Below, piece by piece: positions 27,773 to 38,343 of a stretch of 64,000 nt of DNA; position 1 is the stretch's first letter, and each line of letters begins with the position of its first letter. Made by a program: the position numbers and the translations under genes. The notes below the pieces were generated by a model, which worked only from the letters and a program-made list of their open reading frames with translations, searched no databases and had not been told where the DNA came from. The stretch is from a bacterium (GTDB lineage: Bacteria > UBA10199 > 2-02-FULL-44-16 > JAAZCA01), in contig CAXXGI010000003.1 in the NCBI GenBank assembly GCA_963674695.2, forward strand, positions 416,001-480,000. The letters run 5' to 3'.

Positions 27773-28984
27773 ATGCTGCGGAGCATCGAAAACTATATCG
27801 AGGTCGTCGGTCGCGAGGTTGTGGCGGATATTCACCGGAAGGCCAGCCGCATCTACGACAAGCATGTCTTCCACCTCAACTCCACCTTCGTGGGCGGTGG
27901 CGTGGCCGAGATCCTCTCGCGCCTGGTGCCCATGATGAACGATATCGGTGTCGACACCGGGTGGCGTATCCTGCATGGCAACCACGCCTTCTTCGAGGTG
28001 ACCAAAAAGTTTCACAACGCCCTTCAGGGACAGAAGACGAAGATCACCGAGGAGGATCTGCGGCTCTACCTCGAGGTGAACGACGAGTTCTCGGGGTATA
28101 CGCACATCGATCATGACTGTGTCATCGTGCACGATCCCCAGCCGATGCCGCTCATTCGCTTCTTCAAAAAGCGCCAGCCCTGGATCTGGCGCTGTCATAT
28201 CGATATATCCGATCCCTCGCCGGAGCTGTGGGATTTCATGAAGGACTATCTGCTGCGGTATGACGTGGCGATCATTTCGACTGAGGAATATCGCAAGAAG
28301 GATCTTCCGATCGAACAGCGGGTCATTCCGCCGGCGATCGATCCGTTGTCGACGAAGAACCGCCATATCGACGAGAAGACGGTCGCGGAACATATCGCGC
28401 TGGCCAATATCCCGACCGACAAGCCGCTGATCACGCAGGTCTCGCGCATGGATCCCTGGAAGGATCCCGAGGGTGTGCTCGATGTCTATGAGCGCGTTCG
28501 CAAGCGCGTCGATTGTCGTTTGCTCTTCTGCTATGAATTGGCGGCGGATGATCCCGAGGGTGTGCGCATCTATCAGAAGGTGCACCGAAAGGCACATGAG
28601 CTCATCAAGCGGGGAGACGTGATCTTCGTCGTGGGCAACAACGACCTGTTGGTCAACTCGATCCAGCGTTTCTCGAATGTCATCCTACAAAAATCGACGC
28701 GCGAGGGGTTTGGACTCACCGTCGCGGAGTCGCTCTGGAAGGGGGCACCGGTGGTGGCTTCGGCGGTTGGCGGGATTCCATCGCAGATCACCGATGGGCA
28801 CAACGGCTTCCTGGTCGATCCGACCGATTACGACGGCTGTGCCGACCGGGTGGTGGAGCTGCTGAAACATCCGAAACTCGGGAAAAAGCTGGGGTCAAAT
28901 GGGCGCGAGTCCGTGCGGGAACGCTTCCTCGTCACTCGACTGCTCGGCGATTATCTCGACCTGCTGATTGATCTCCTGCGGTAA
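27773..28984 (+). CDS. treT: Trehalose synthase-like GT4 glycosyltransferase
   Basis: NST..GGGVAEIL, KKFHNALQG, HDPQP, WRCHID, KSTREGFGLTV. Confidence 0.88.
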   Translation: MLRSIENYIEVVGREVVADIHRKASRIYDKHVFHLNSTFVGGGVAEILSRLVPMMNDIGVDTGWRILHGNHAFFEVTKKFHNALQGQKTKITEEDLRLYLEVNDEFSGYTHIDHDCVIVHDPQPMPLIRFFKKRQPWIWRCHIDISDPSPELWDFMKDYLLRYDVAIISTEEYRKKDLPIEQRVIPPAIDPLSTKNRHIDEKTVAEHIALANIPTDKPLITQVSRMDPWKDPEGVLDVYERVRKRVDCRLLFCYELAADDPEGVRIYQKVHRKAHELIKRGDVIFVVGNNDLLVNSIQRFSNVILQKSTREGFGLTVAESLWKGAPVVASAVGGIPSQITDGHNGFLVDPTDYDGCADRVVELLKHPKLGKKLGSNGRESVRERFLVTRLLGDYLDLLIDLLR

Positions 28985-28991
28985 ATATCAT

Positions 28992-29047
28992 GAAGGGTGA
29001 GGGGTGAAAAAGCTCTTTCGCCCTTCACCCTTCGCCCCTCACCCTTC
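28992..29047. repeat. Inverted heptamer repeat cluster (AGGGTGA / TCACCCT) between convergent genes
   Basis: GAAGGGTGAGGGGTGAAAA ... TTTCGCCCTTCACCCTTCGCCCCTCACCCTTC. Confidence 0.65.
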
Positions 29048-29051
29048 GTTA

Positions 29052-30143
29052 TTAGAATCTTCCAATCAACGCCGGGCCGCCGGAGATGATGAAATAGAGG
29101 TCATCATAGGCGACCAGATGTGCCTTCACCTGAAACCCAACGCCGATATTCGGATGGACGTAGTAATCGAATCCGGTGCTCACGTTGCCGCCGATGTCGA
29201 TCTTGGTGCGGTTTCCCGTGCCGGTGCCACGGGAACCGCCGTCGCGCGTGATGTAAGGGCCGACGCCTAAGCCGAACCAATAGCGGCATTTGTCGAGAAA
29301 AAGTTCCGGATCGTGGGTCTCATATTGGCTGGCAAAGAGGACATATTTCAACCCGGCGGTTATGCCGTAGATGTCGAAGTCGGCATTGATCGGACTCTTA
29401 TAGGGGGTGGTGGTGAAGAGGAAGCCGGCCGTTCCGAAAAAGCGCCCCCAGATCTGGGCGTTGAACTCGGTGTCGACCAGGATGTAATCGAACTCGTCGA
29501 GGCGCAGGTTCTGCGGGACGATGTAGGCGATGCCGGGTGAGACACGAAGCCCCATCTCGTGTCCAAAACGCGTGCTCGCCGGTTTCATGGAGACGGCGAC
29601 ATCCCAGGCCTTGCGTTGCTGTGGATGCGTGTCGAAATAGGCGGGATTGAGCTCCGACGCATTGGTCAGCGAATTGGCGGCTTCGGCGTAGTATCCTCGG
29701 TCGAAGGCGATCACCCCGCGGTTGCCCCAGGCCTCGATGAACGATGGATCCAGCTCGGTCGCTTCGCGATACGCGGCAAGCGCCTTGCGTTTATTGTGGA
29801 GCGCCTCGAGGGCGACCCCGCGGTTGTAATGAGCCTTGGCGTTTGTCGGATCGAGTTCGATCGCCTTGTCGAACATGGCCAGCGCTTCCTGCGAGCGATT
29901 GAAACGCCCGAGCAGGATTCCGCGGCTGAGATAGATCTCTATTCGCGCCGAGTCGGAATCGCTGTCGGTCATCCATTGGAGGGCGCGGTTGCATGCCTGC
30001 AGGGATGGTTCGCCCAGCAGCTCGTTGCAGGCGCTGGCGTCCGCGCTCCAGGATGGCTGTTGCGCCCATGCCGGAGCGGCGACCAAGAGAGAGAAAAAGG
30101 CGACAACAATAATTCGGCGGAATGGTCGATTCATCGGTTTCAT
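29052..30143 (-). CDS. TPR-repeat protein with a C-terminal outer-membrane beta-barrel
   Basis: Signal peptide, TPRs (AIELDP..AKAHYNRG), amphipathic strands, terminal Phe. Confidence 0.75.
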   Translation of the reverse strand: MKPMNRPFRRIIVVAFFSLLVAAPAWAQQPSWSADASACNELLGEPSLQACNRALQWMTDSDSDSARIEIYLSRGILLGRFNRSQEALAMFDKAIELDPTNAKAHYNRGVALEALHNKRKALAAYREATELDPSFIEAWGNRGVIAFDRGYYAEAANSLTNASELNPAYFDTHPQQRKAWDVAVSMKPASTRFGHEMGLRVSPGIAYIVPQNLRLDEFDYILVDTEFNAQIWGRFFGTAGFLFTTTPYKSPINADFDIYGITAGLKYVLFASQYETHDPELFLDKCRYWFGLGVGPYITRDGGSRGTGTGNRTKIDIGGNVSTGFDYYVHPNIGVGFQVKAHLVAYDDLYFIISGGPALIGRF

Positions 30144-30155
30144 GTTCCCCCTCGG

Positions 30156-32429
30156 TTAAGCCTTGATGCAGCTGGTGTAATAGCGAACGCGCCCGCCCTC
30201 GTTTTTGAGCTCGATGCCGTGGGTCTCCGTTTCAAATCCCGGGAAGGCGTTGTCGAAGTCTTCATAGACACGCAGATAGTCCACGATGCCCTTCGCTTTC
30301 TCGTTGAACTGCTCTCCCGGCATGATGATCGGGATCCCCGGCGGATAGGGGACCAGCATCACGGCGGGGATGCGCCCCATGAGCTCGGAGAGAGGCACGA
30401 GCTCCGTGTTGCTGTGCACGATCTGCTCGTAGGCCTTGGCCGGAATCATCTTCTGATCGGGGAGCGTGGCATAGACGTTCTGGCTCACCTGCGTGATGTT
30501 CTCGCGCACGAGATGCTCGTGCATCTCATGGGCAAAATCGGCCAATCCCAATCCGGCGTAGCGTTCAGGGTGCATCTCCACGAGATCCGGAAAGACCTCT
30601 TCGAGCGGCGCGTTGCGATCATGCAGCGCCTTGAAGTCGGCCAGTTCCGCCAACAGCGTGCCGGATTTTCCCTTCGTGATGCCGATCGAGAAGAGGATGA
30701 GGAAGGAGTAAAAGCCCGTCTTCTCCACGACCACCCCGCGGCTCCAGAGAAAACGCGAGACGAGGCCGGCGGGGATGCCGAACTCGCTCATGGTGCCATC
30801 GCCGGTGATCCCCGGCGTGATGACGGTCACCTTGATCGGGTCGAGCATGATATAATTCGGTTCCATGTTCGCAAATCCGTGCCAGCTCTCCTTCGGACCC
30901 AATACCCAGTGTTCCTGGCGGTTCTCCAGCGAGCTGTCGTCGCTCTTGGCGATCACCTTGTCCGGTTGCCAGATGCCAAACCACCATTTCTTCGCCGGAT
31001 CCTTCTCGATCTTGGCGGTGTCCTTTGCGGTCATCACCATCTTCTTGCGGAAGATGACCGCCTCGTCGATGGAGTCATCGACCAGCGCATGACCTGCCGT
31101 TCCCTCCATCATCTTCGTGGCCACATCGAGGGACGCGATGATGCCGTACTGCGGAGAGGTCGAGGTGTGCATCATGAAGGCTTCGTTGAAGCGATCGAAT
31201 TCCACCTTGCGTCGGCCGCTTTTGACATGGACCATCGAACCCTGCGAGAGCGAAGCGAGGAGCTTGTGCGTCGATTGCGTGGCGAAGATGGCCGGGTGGT
31301 TCTCGGGATCGTGTTCGTCGCACATGCCGAAGTGGTTCTTATAGATCGGATGAAATCGCGCATAGCCGAACCAGGCCTCGTCGAAGTGGAGGTTCTCCAC
31401 CAACCCCCCGAGGCGTTCCTTGATCGGCACGGTGTTGTAGCAGAGTCCGTCGTAGGTCGAGTTGGTGACGACCGCGAGGGTGACCGGCGTATTCTTGTCT
31501 TCGATGAACGGACACGCCTCGATCTTTTTGCGAATGGTCTCCGGCTCGAATTCGCTGATGTGGATCGGGCCGATGATGCCGTAGTCGTTTCGCGTGGGGA
31601 TAAAGTAAACTGGCTTTGCCCCCGTCATGATGATGGCGTGCATGATCGACTTGTGGCAGTTGCGGTCGACGAGCACGACATCGCCGGGGACGACGGATCC
31701 GTTCCAGACCATCTTGTTCGAGGTCGAGGTGCCGTTGGTGACGAAATAGGTCTGTTCCGCACCGAAGGCCTTGGCCGCGGCGGCCTCGGCCGCGCCCACG
31801 GGTCCGGAGTGTTCCATCAAGGAACCCAGCTCCGGAACGGAGACCGACAGATCCGAGCGCAGCGTGTTCTCCCCCATGAAGTCGAAGAAGATATGCCCCG
31901 GTGGCGACTTCAAAAACGCCAGCCCGCCGCTGTGCCCGGGTGTATGCCAGGAATATTTGTATTCGTAGGTGTAGTGGACGAGCTCCTCGAAGAAGGGGGG
32001 GAGCAGATGATCGATATAGCGCGTCGCCGCCTGTTCCACGCGGCCGGCGATGAAGTGTGGCGTGTCCTCCAAGATCCAGACATAGCCGCTGACCTTCGAC
32101 ATGATCTCGGTCGGAATCTCCTGAACCGTGTGCTTGCTCGTCATGATGAAGATCGGAATCTTGTCGTTGCGCGCGCGAATGGCATCGATGACATTCGTGG
32201 CGTGATGACCTTTGGATTCGCCCGTCAGATCCCAGTCGAGCAGGATCGCGCAACACATCGTGTGCGAGAGAAAGATGGCGATGCCGTCGCGCGCGGTCGA
32301 AGCGGTGGAGATTGAAAACTCCTCTTCCTCGAGACGCTCCATGACCTCGGCGATGCCGTGACCCGGGGCATTGTTCTGTCCCATGTCGCTATCGATGATG
32401 ACGATATGAAAATCGCGGTGATTGAGCAT
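30156..32429 (-). CDS. Orn/Lys/Arg decarboxylase (AdiA/LdcI-type, with wing domain)
   Basis: WHTPGHSGG, FVTNGTSTSNK, DRNCHKS, HFDEAW, TQSTHK (PLP Lys), STSPQY, PYPPGIP. Confidence 0.95.
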   Translation of the reverse strand: MLNHRDFHIVIIDSDMGQNNAPGHGIAEVMERLEEEEFSISTASTARDGIAIFLSHTMCCAILLDWDLTGESKGHHATNVIDAIRARNDKIPIFIMTSKHTVQEIPTEIMSKVSGYVWILEDTPHFIAGRVEQAATRYIDHLLPPFFEELVHYTYEYKYSWHTPGHSGGLAFLKSPPGHIFFDFMGENTLRSDLSVSVPELGSLMEHSGPVGAAEAAAAKAFGAEQTYFVTNGTSTSNKMVWNGSVVPGDVVLVDRNCHKSIMHAIIMTGAKPVYFIPTRNDYGIIGPIHISEFEPETIRKKIEACPFIEDKNTPVTLAVVTNSTYDGLCYNTVPIKERLGGLVENLHFDEAWFGYARFHPIYKNHFGMCDEHDPENHPAIFATQSTHKLLASLSQGSMVHVKSGRRKVEFDRFNEAFMMHTSTSPQYGIIASLDVATKMMEGTAGHALVDDSIDEAVIFRKKMVMTAKDTAKIEKDPAKKWWFGIWQPDKVIAKSDDSSLENRQEHWVLGPKESWHGFANMEPNYIMLDPIKVTVITPGITGDGTMSEFGIPAGLVSRFLWSRGVVVEKTGFYSFLILFSIGITKGKSGTLLAELADFKALHDRNAPLEEVFPDLVEMHPERYAGLGLADFAHEMHEHLVRENITQVSQNVYATLPDQKMIPAKAYEQIVHSNTELVPLSELMGRIPAVMLVPYPPGIPIIMPGEQFNEKAKGIVDYLRVYEDFDNAFPGFETETHGIELKNEGGRVRYYTSCIKA

Positions 32430-32448
32430 GTCTCTTCCTCCTGAGTGT

Positions 32449-33858
32449 TTATCCCTTTGGGACCCAACTCGGTTTGCGAAATGCGTGCACGATCAGCGGA
32501 ACGATGCAGGTGAGGACGATTCCCACCACCAGAAAAGCGATATAGCGAAAAGGACTTTCCGAGCCGGTCGGCGGAATGAAGCCGACGATGATGGCGAGCG
32601 TTGCCCCCGCGATGCCGAGCCCCGCGACGATCCACATGCCGAAATTTCCCAGTGGAACGCGATAGGCGCGCGTGACGTCGGCGTGCGTGTAGCGCAAGCG
32701 AATCGCCGAGATGAACATGAGCACGTACATGATCAGGTAGAGCTGGATGGTCAGTGCCGTGAGGATCCAGAAGGAGGCGCTCACCGACGGCATGAAGAGA
32801 AAGACCATCGCGAGCACCGAGACGATGATCGCCTGCAGGATCAGAAGGGGGGCCGGCATGCCGTGGCGATTGGTGCGCTGAAAGAGCGGCGGCAGATCGC
32901 CGTGCTCGGCGGTGGCCAGAAGCCCCTTGCTCGGTCCCACGATCCAGGTCGAGACCATGCCGAGCGCGCCCGCGGCGGTGAGCAGGGCGATGATCGGCAC
33001 GACCCAGGTGATGTGATAGGCGCGGAAGAACTGTTCGAAGGCCTCCATGACGCCGGCGGTCAGGCTGATCTGGTCCTTGGGCACGACAAACGAGATCGCC
33101 AACGATCCGAAGACGGTGATTACCAGGATGATGATTGCCGAGAGAAAGATCGCTCGCGGATAGTCGCGCTGCGGGTCTTTCACCTCCTGCGCGTGCACGG
33201 CCGACATCTCCATGCCGGCCAGTGCCAACAGCACCGCGACCAGATAGGTGAGATTCCCCATCTTGGTCAGATCCGGGATGAGGGCGCTCATCGAGAAGGG
33301 AATCTGCAGATCGTTGCCCTGTGCCAGCCAGACGATCCCCATGATGATGATGAGCGAACCGGGGATGATCGTTCCGGCGATGACGCCGACGGTGGAGATC
33401 AGCCCGCTGGCCTTCATGCCCAAGAGGTTGAGCAGCGTGAATCCCCAGAAGGCGACGAGGATGACGCCCAGGGCGAAGAATTTGTTGGAGGCCAGCTCCG
33501 GGTTGAAGACATAGGCGATGGTCGAGGCGGTAAACGACAGTATCGTTGGATACCAGATGACGTTTTCAAACCACTGCAGCCAGATGGCCAGAAATCCCCA
33601 ACGGGGTCCGAGCCCCTCCTTCACCCAGATGTAGACGCCGCCGGTTTGCGGCCAGCCGGTGGCGAGCTCTGCGGAGACGAGTGAGGTCGGGATGAAGAAA
33701 ACGATGCTGGCGACGGCGAAATAGAAGATGAGACTCCAGCCATATTCCGACATCGTGGCGAAGTTCTTGAGCGTGGCGATGGCCGCCACATTGATCATGG
33801 CGAGCGTGAAGACGGAGAGGACGCGACGATTCGAACCGTTTCCGCTGGCCATAGGCAT
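32449..33858 (-). CDS. APC-family amino acid permease/antiporter (GadC-like)
   Basis: About 12 TM, SAELATGWP..GGVY.WV, GME.SAVHA.E. Confidence 0.9.
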   Translation of the reverse strand: MPMASGNGSNRRVLSVFTLAMINVAAIATLKNFATMSEYGWSLIFYFAVASIVFFIPTSLVSAELATGWPQTGGVYIWVKEGLGPRWGFLAIWLQWFENVIWYPTILSFTASTIAYVFNPELASNKFFALGVILVAFWGFTLLNLLGMKASGLISTVGVIAGTIIPGSLIIIMGIVWLAQGNDLQIPFSMSALIPDLTKMGNLTYLVAVLLALAGMEMSAVHAQEVKDPQRDYPRAIFLSAIIILVITVFGSLAISFVVPKDQISLTAGVMEAFEQFFRAYHITWVVPIIALLTAAGALGMVSTWIVGPSKGLLATAEHGDLPPLFQRTNRHGMPAPLLILQAIIVSVLAMVFLFMPSVSASFWILTALTIQLYLIMYVLMFISAIRLRYTHADVTRAYRVPLGNFGMWIVAGLGIAGATLAIIVGFIPPTGSESPFRYIAFLVVGIVLTCIVPLIVHAFRKPSWVPKG

Positions 33859-34027
33859 TTCCCCCAGAGTGATTTCTCATTTCGTATCATACCTCTGTGG
33901 GAAATGCATCTCTATGTCTCCGGTGTGATTGGTTTTTTTGGATTTCGGGAAGGCGCGAGAAGCGGGGCGTTATGCGACGAGAGCCGATTTCTTGACGCCC
34001 ATGGGTGGCCCCTCACACGTGCTTCCA

Positions 34028-34133
34028 CAGATGGCGATATCGAAATGCCGTAGGGCTCGCAGATGGCGATATAGCGGATGATGCGACTCACATAAATCGT
34101 GCTCGGTGCCGTTATTTTGGCATGAGTATTGCT
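34028..34133 (+). promoter_or_regulatory. Sigma-54 promoter with an upstream 13-bp direct repeat
   Basis: TGGCATG-AGTA-TTGCT at 34118-34133; CAGATGGCGATAT at 34028 and 34060. Confidence 0.6.
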
Positions 34134-34163
34134 CATAGAGATCGTGGTGCAAAAGGGGGCAGC

Positions 34164-37100
34164 ATGGACACCATTCATATGCGATTCATTCATCACATCC
34201 TTCGTTCCTTTCTCTCGATCATCATCGCAACGCTTATCACGCTCGGGGCCGCGATCACCGTGCGCGCCGCCGATGAAGTGCAGCCGCAGATCGATGTGCG
34301 GGCGATCTGTAAAACCGTCATGGACGAGGCCTCTTGTGCCAAGATCGAGAATATTCTGCGCAGCGGGTTTGTGCCGGTCTGGGCGATCAACGATGCGGGC
34401 GATGCGATTATGGTCGATGTGGTCTTTGACGGCAGCGTGAAGTTCCCCGAGGCGGCGGTGCTTCTGCGACAGGCCGGTGCTGTCGTCGAACAGGAGAAAT
34501 TCTTCTATGGCCGACGCATTCGCGCGAAGGTTTCCATCCCTGAGGAATACACGGTCCTGCTGCGCCTCATGCGCGGCGATACGGTTTCGGCCTCCGACCT
34601 GACGGCACTGGTCGTGGCGATCACGCATCTGTCCCCCCTGAATCCGAAGGCCGGGGTGAAGCCATATCTGGAGAAAATCGTTCAGAAACTGATCGGTTCG
34701 GTGAAGGCGGTTGCGCGTCTGAGCAGCGTGGCCCATATCGATCCCAAACCGACGCCGCCGCAGAACGAGAATGCGACGGCAGCACAACTCTCCCATATCG
34801 ACCTCATTCGCGATCCGGCCTCCTTCGATTTCGGCGATGGTTTCCCCTGGCCGAACGGCCTCACCGGCGGACTGCTCCTGTCCCCCGTGTCTATCGGCGT
34901 CTGGGACAGCGGGAAGGTCGACATCGATCACCGCGATTTCGGCGAACGCGTGACGGTCGTGGCGACGGATTATGCAGTGTCGGAACACTCCACCCACGTC
35001 TCCGGGACGATCGCCGGCGCGGGCGACGCGAACAGTGTGGGCGGCATGGCGCCCGAGGCGATCATCTATTCCTATTCGTATGGGGATCGCGATCTCTATG
35101 TGGGTGGAAATCCATATGTGCCCCCAGACGTCCCGCAGGAGATGAGCGACGCGGCGGTTGGAAAGCCCTCAAGCATTCTCGACGACCATCACGTGACGCT
35201 CTCGAACAACTCCTGGGGACGCGTCGTGGGGTTAAAGGGCGGTGACTGTGGTTATCCGAACTGGTCCGACTTCGGCGCCTATGATGGTCGGACACGTGCA
35301 TACGATGAGTTGGCGCGCAGCCGGTATCAGCTGCTGATCGTCAAATCCTCGGGCAACGATGGCAACGATAAGTTGACGGTGGATGTTGATCCGGACGAGG
35401 ATGACTATGATGAAAAAGTCAGGAAAGCGAAGAAGGAGAAGATCCGCTCCTGTTTCAGCGTGCCCGATACCGATCCGTTTGGCCTCATCGCCGCGGCGGC
35501 CTATCTCGTCTTCGAGAGCACCTACTGCGGTCCGGCGCGGATCTCCAATTCGCAGTGCGGTGATGCCTGGGACGGCGATCGGGATGTCTATGATGGCGTC
35601 CTCTGGAGCAGTCGTTATTACGATACGATCCCGCCCTGGGGCGTGGCCAAGAACGTCCTCACCGTCGGGGCGGTGCAGGATGACCTGGCGATCACCTCGT
35701 TCAGCTCTTCGGGTCCCACCAACGATGGGCGGATCAAACCGGATATCGTCGCCAACGGTCAGGGCCTTCGCTCGACGCTCCCCGGCGGTGGCTATGGATG
35801 GATGAGCGGGACGTCGATGTCCTCGCCGGTGGTCACCGGTGCGCTCGCGCTCCTGCAGGAGGCCTATCGGGGATACTTCAACGTGAGTCGTCCGCAGAGC
35901 TACATCATGAAGGCGCTCCTCATCCAGACGGCACAGGATCGCGGGCAGACCGGTCCCGACTTCTTCTATGGCCATGGCCTGCTCGATGCCGGAGCGGCCG
36001 TGCAGCTTTTGAAGGATCAGCGCGCCACGCTCGATGCGGGGGCGCTGGCCGGACTCGGCGATTCCTACACGCAGATCCTGCGCGCTTCGATCTCGAACGT
36101 CGGCGATCGCGTGGAGAAGGTGATCAACGTCGAGGCCTGGCCGACCGGTGGCCTCAAGGCCACGCTCGTCTGGCTCGATCCGGCCGGCAGCACGAGCGAC
36201 TGGACGAAGGTCCTGGTCAACGACCTGGATGTCGTGCTCACCGGTCCGGATGGAGAGAAGTATTATCCCTACACGATGCCGTATGCGCGCAAGGCTCATG
36301 AGAAGAAGTACTATAACGATAACGCCGTCCGCGATGCGCCCAATCATACCGACAATGTCGAGGTGATCGAGGTACGCAATCGTCCAGCGAGCTGGCAGGG
36401 GAAGTGGACGATTGCGGTGACGGCAAAAAAGAAGGAGGCGGGGGCGCAGTACTTCGCGCTCATCGCCAACGCGCCGATGACCGATGCCGGCACATCGTTT
36501 TCGCTCTCGCCGATGATCTACACCATCTTTGAGGTGGGGGAACGGGTCAAGAATGATCTTGAAAATCGGCGTGTGCGCACGACCGGTGATCAGGTTCACG
36601 TCTGGGTCGAAGTGCCGGATGCGAATCCGGATGATCCGCCGATTGTCACCGGACGACTCGACGGTAGTGCGTCGTCGACCGCGAACGAAAACATGGTGAT
36701 GGGACGGTACTTCGAAGTGCCGATCGCTTCGATCACGGAGGGGGAGCACGAATTCGTCATCGAAGCGGTGAGTGCGAGCGGCATCCGGCATGGGGCGACC
36801 GATCCCTATGCCGTTGTGCGCGACACCGCGCCGCCGCAGATCGAGGTGCTTTCCCATGCAGAGGGTTCGCATCGGGTGACCGAAACCCGGCAGACGATCG
36901 ATTTTGGCGTGACCGATGCGGGGCCGATCGAGAACGTGCGCTGCATCATGATCGGTCAGACCATCACTGCGACGGTGATCGAAGAGGGTCGTTTCTCCTG
37001 CACGATCGCCCTCGATGCCACGCGCATCGATGAAGAACAGCCCGTTACTATCAGCGCGCGCGACGATCTGAGCAACAGCGCGACGAAGAGCGTTTCATTT

Positions 37101-38297
37101 ATCCTCGTCGATGAAGAGGCGCCGGAGATCAGCGTGACTGCGCCGACCGATTCCGGTTCGTATATCTCGAACATCGGCGAAGAGCCGATGCTGACGATCA
37201 GCGGGAAGGCGCAGGACAACGTTGTGGTCGCGCACATCGAATATCTCGTCTTGAAGCGGAGTTGCCCGGAACGTTGCGAGGGGGAAGCCTGGATCGATGC
37301 TGGCGTGAGCCCTGGCGGGTCCTGGTCCTTTCCCGTCGATTTGGGTGATCGTGGGCCATATTGTGTTATCGTTCGTGCCGTCGATTCCAGCGGCAACAGC
37401 GATGAGGGTTCCTGCGCGATGCTCTCCATTCGTCGCTATACGCCCGATGCGCCAGTCGTCACGATCGATGCGCCAGCCTCACCTGACGAGGGTCGCGTAA
37501 GGCTCACCGGTCGCGCGGTCGATCCGGATGGAAATGAGCGCGGCATCGCCTCGATGCAATGGCGCGTTCGTGCGCCGAACGGAACGATTTCTTCGCTCGC
37601 CGATGTCGATGATCGGCGCGACGATGGCGAGCATGCGCAGCTCTTTTCGCTGCCGCTTCAACTGTCCGAGGGGATCAGTACCGTGACGATCATCGCCGTC
37701 GATGCCGATGGCCAGGAGGGTGCGGCCGATGTTGTCATCGATGTGCCGATCGTCGATCGCACGCCGCCGACGGTGACGATCACCGCACCGGAGGAGGGCT
37801 CTCATTCATCCGTCACGCGCGTGCGCGTGGAGGGGACGGCCACCGATGATGTCGCGATCGATCGGGTGGAAGTGCGCGTGAACGAGGGCGATCCGATTCT
37901 GGCGACCATCGATGGCGACCGGTTCTGGATCGAGGGCGTGTCGCTCATGACCGGTTCGAATACGATCACCGTCACCGCATTCGATACCGCTGACGAACCG
38001 CATTCGACCAGCGCGCAGGTCACGGTGACCTACGGCAAGTCGATCGTCGTCGGTGATGACGATGATGATGACACGGGCGATGATGACGACGATGATGTCA
38101 TCGATGACCAGCCGCGCGATGAGAACCCGGAACCGATCGAGGAACCCTCTCCGGAAGATGAGACGGGCGAACAGCCGGATTGGTTCACCTCCGGCCAGGA
38201 TGGCGACGACGACAGTGAACCGGAGCGAACCATGGCACCGCGCTCTCGCGCCAAGTCGGCATTCGGATGCAGTCTGATTATCCCCGAAGCCGATTGA
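34164..38297 (+). CDS. S8 (subtilisin-like) serine peptidase with tandem Ig-like domains, acidic tail and C-terminal GCSL motif
   Basis: Triad GVWDSG / HSTHVSGT / GTSMSSP; SSSGPTNDGRIKPD; D.TPP.V.ITAP Ig repeats; AFGCSLI end. Confidence 0.9.
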   Translation: MDTIHMRFIHHILRSFLSIIIATLITLGAAITVRAADEVQPQIDVRAICKTVMDEASCAKIENILRSGFVPVWAINDAGDAIMVDVVFDGSVKFPEAAVLLRQAGAVVEQEKFFYGRRIRAKVSIPEEYTVLLRLMRGDTVSASDLTALVVAITHLSPLNPKAGVKPYLEKIVQKLIGSVKAVARLSSVAHIDPKPTPPQNENATAAQLSHIDLIRDPASFDFGDGFPWPNGLTGGLLLSPVSIGVWDSGKVDIDHRDFGERVTVVATDYAVSEHSTHVSGTIAGAGDANSVGGMAPEAIIYSYSYGDRDLYVGGNPYVPPDVPQEMSDAAVGKPSSILDDHHVTLSNNSWGRVVGLKGGDCGYPNWSDFGAYDGRTRAYDELARSRYQLLIVKSSGNDGNDKLTVDVDPDEDDYDEKVRKAKKEKIRSCFSVPDTDPFGLIAAAAYLVFESTYCGPARISNSQCGDAWDGDRDVYDGVLWSSRYYDTIPPWGVAKNVLTVGAVQDDLAITSFSSSGPTNDGRIKPDIVANGQGLRSTLPGGGYGWMSGTSMSSPVVTGALALLQEAYRGYFNVSRPQSYIMKALLIQTAQDRGQTGPDFFYGHGLLDAGAAVQLLKDQRATLDAGALAGLGDSYTQILRASISNVGDRVEKVINVEAWPTGGLKATLVWLDPAGSTSDWTKVLVNDLDVVLTGPDGEKYYPYTMPYARKAHEKKYYNDNAVRDAPNHTDNVEVIEVRNRPASWQGKWTIAVTAKKKEAGAQYFALIANAPMTDAGTSFSLSPMIYTIFEVGERVKNDLENRRVRTTGDQVHVWVEVPDANPDDPPIVTGRLDGSASSTANENMVMGRYFEVPIASITEGEHEFVIEAVSASGIRHGATDPYAVVRDTAPPQIEVLSHAEGSHRVTETRQTIDFGVTDAGPIENVRCIMIGQTITATVIEEGRFSCTIALDATRIDEEQPVTISARDDLSNSATKSVSFILVDEEAPEISVTAPTDSGSYISNIGEEPMLTISGKAQDNVVVAHIEYLVLKRSCPERCEGEAWIDAGVSPGGSWSFPVDLGDRGPYCVIVRAVDSSGNSDEGSCAMLSIRRYTPDAPVVTIDAPASPDEGRVRLTGRAVDPDGNERGIASMQWRVRAPNGTISSLADVDDRRDDGEHAQLFSLPLQLSEGISTVTIIAVDADGQEGAADVVIDVPIVDRTPPTVTITAPEEGSHSSVTRVRVEGTATDDVAIDRVEVRVNEGDPILATIDGDRFWIEGVSLMTGSNTITVTAFDTADEPHSTSAQVTVTYGKSIVVGDDDDDDTGDDDDDDVIDDQPRDENPEPIEEPSPEDETGEQPDWFTSGQDGDDDSEPERTMAPRSRAKSAFGCSLIIPEAD

Positions 38298-38343
38298 ACC
38301 TTGTCGTTTGACATCGACCGTGGGCTCGCTTACACACTCGATT

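Noticed and set aside
29559-32315. 918-aa plus-strand ORF and other long antisense ORFs (1954-3459, 12573-14450, 35232-36872, 25110-26324)
   Set aside because: Shadow frames of well-supported genes in high-GC DNA, with no motifs.
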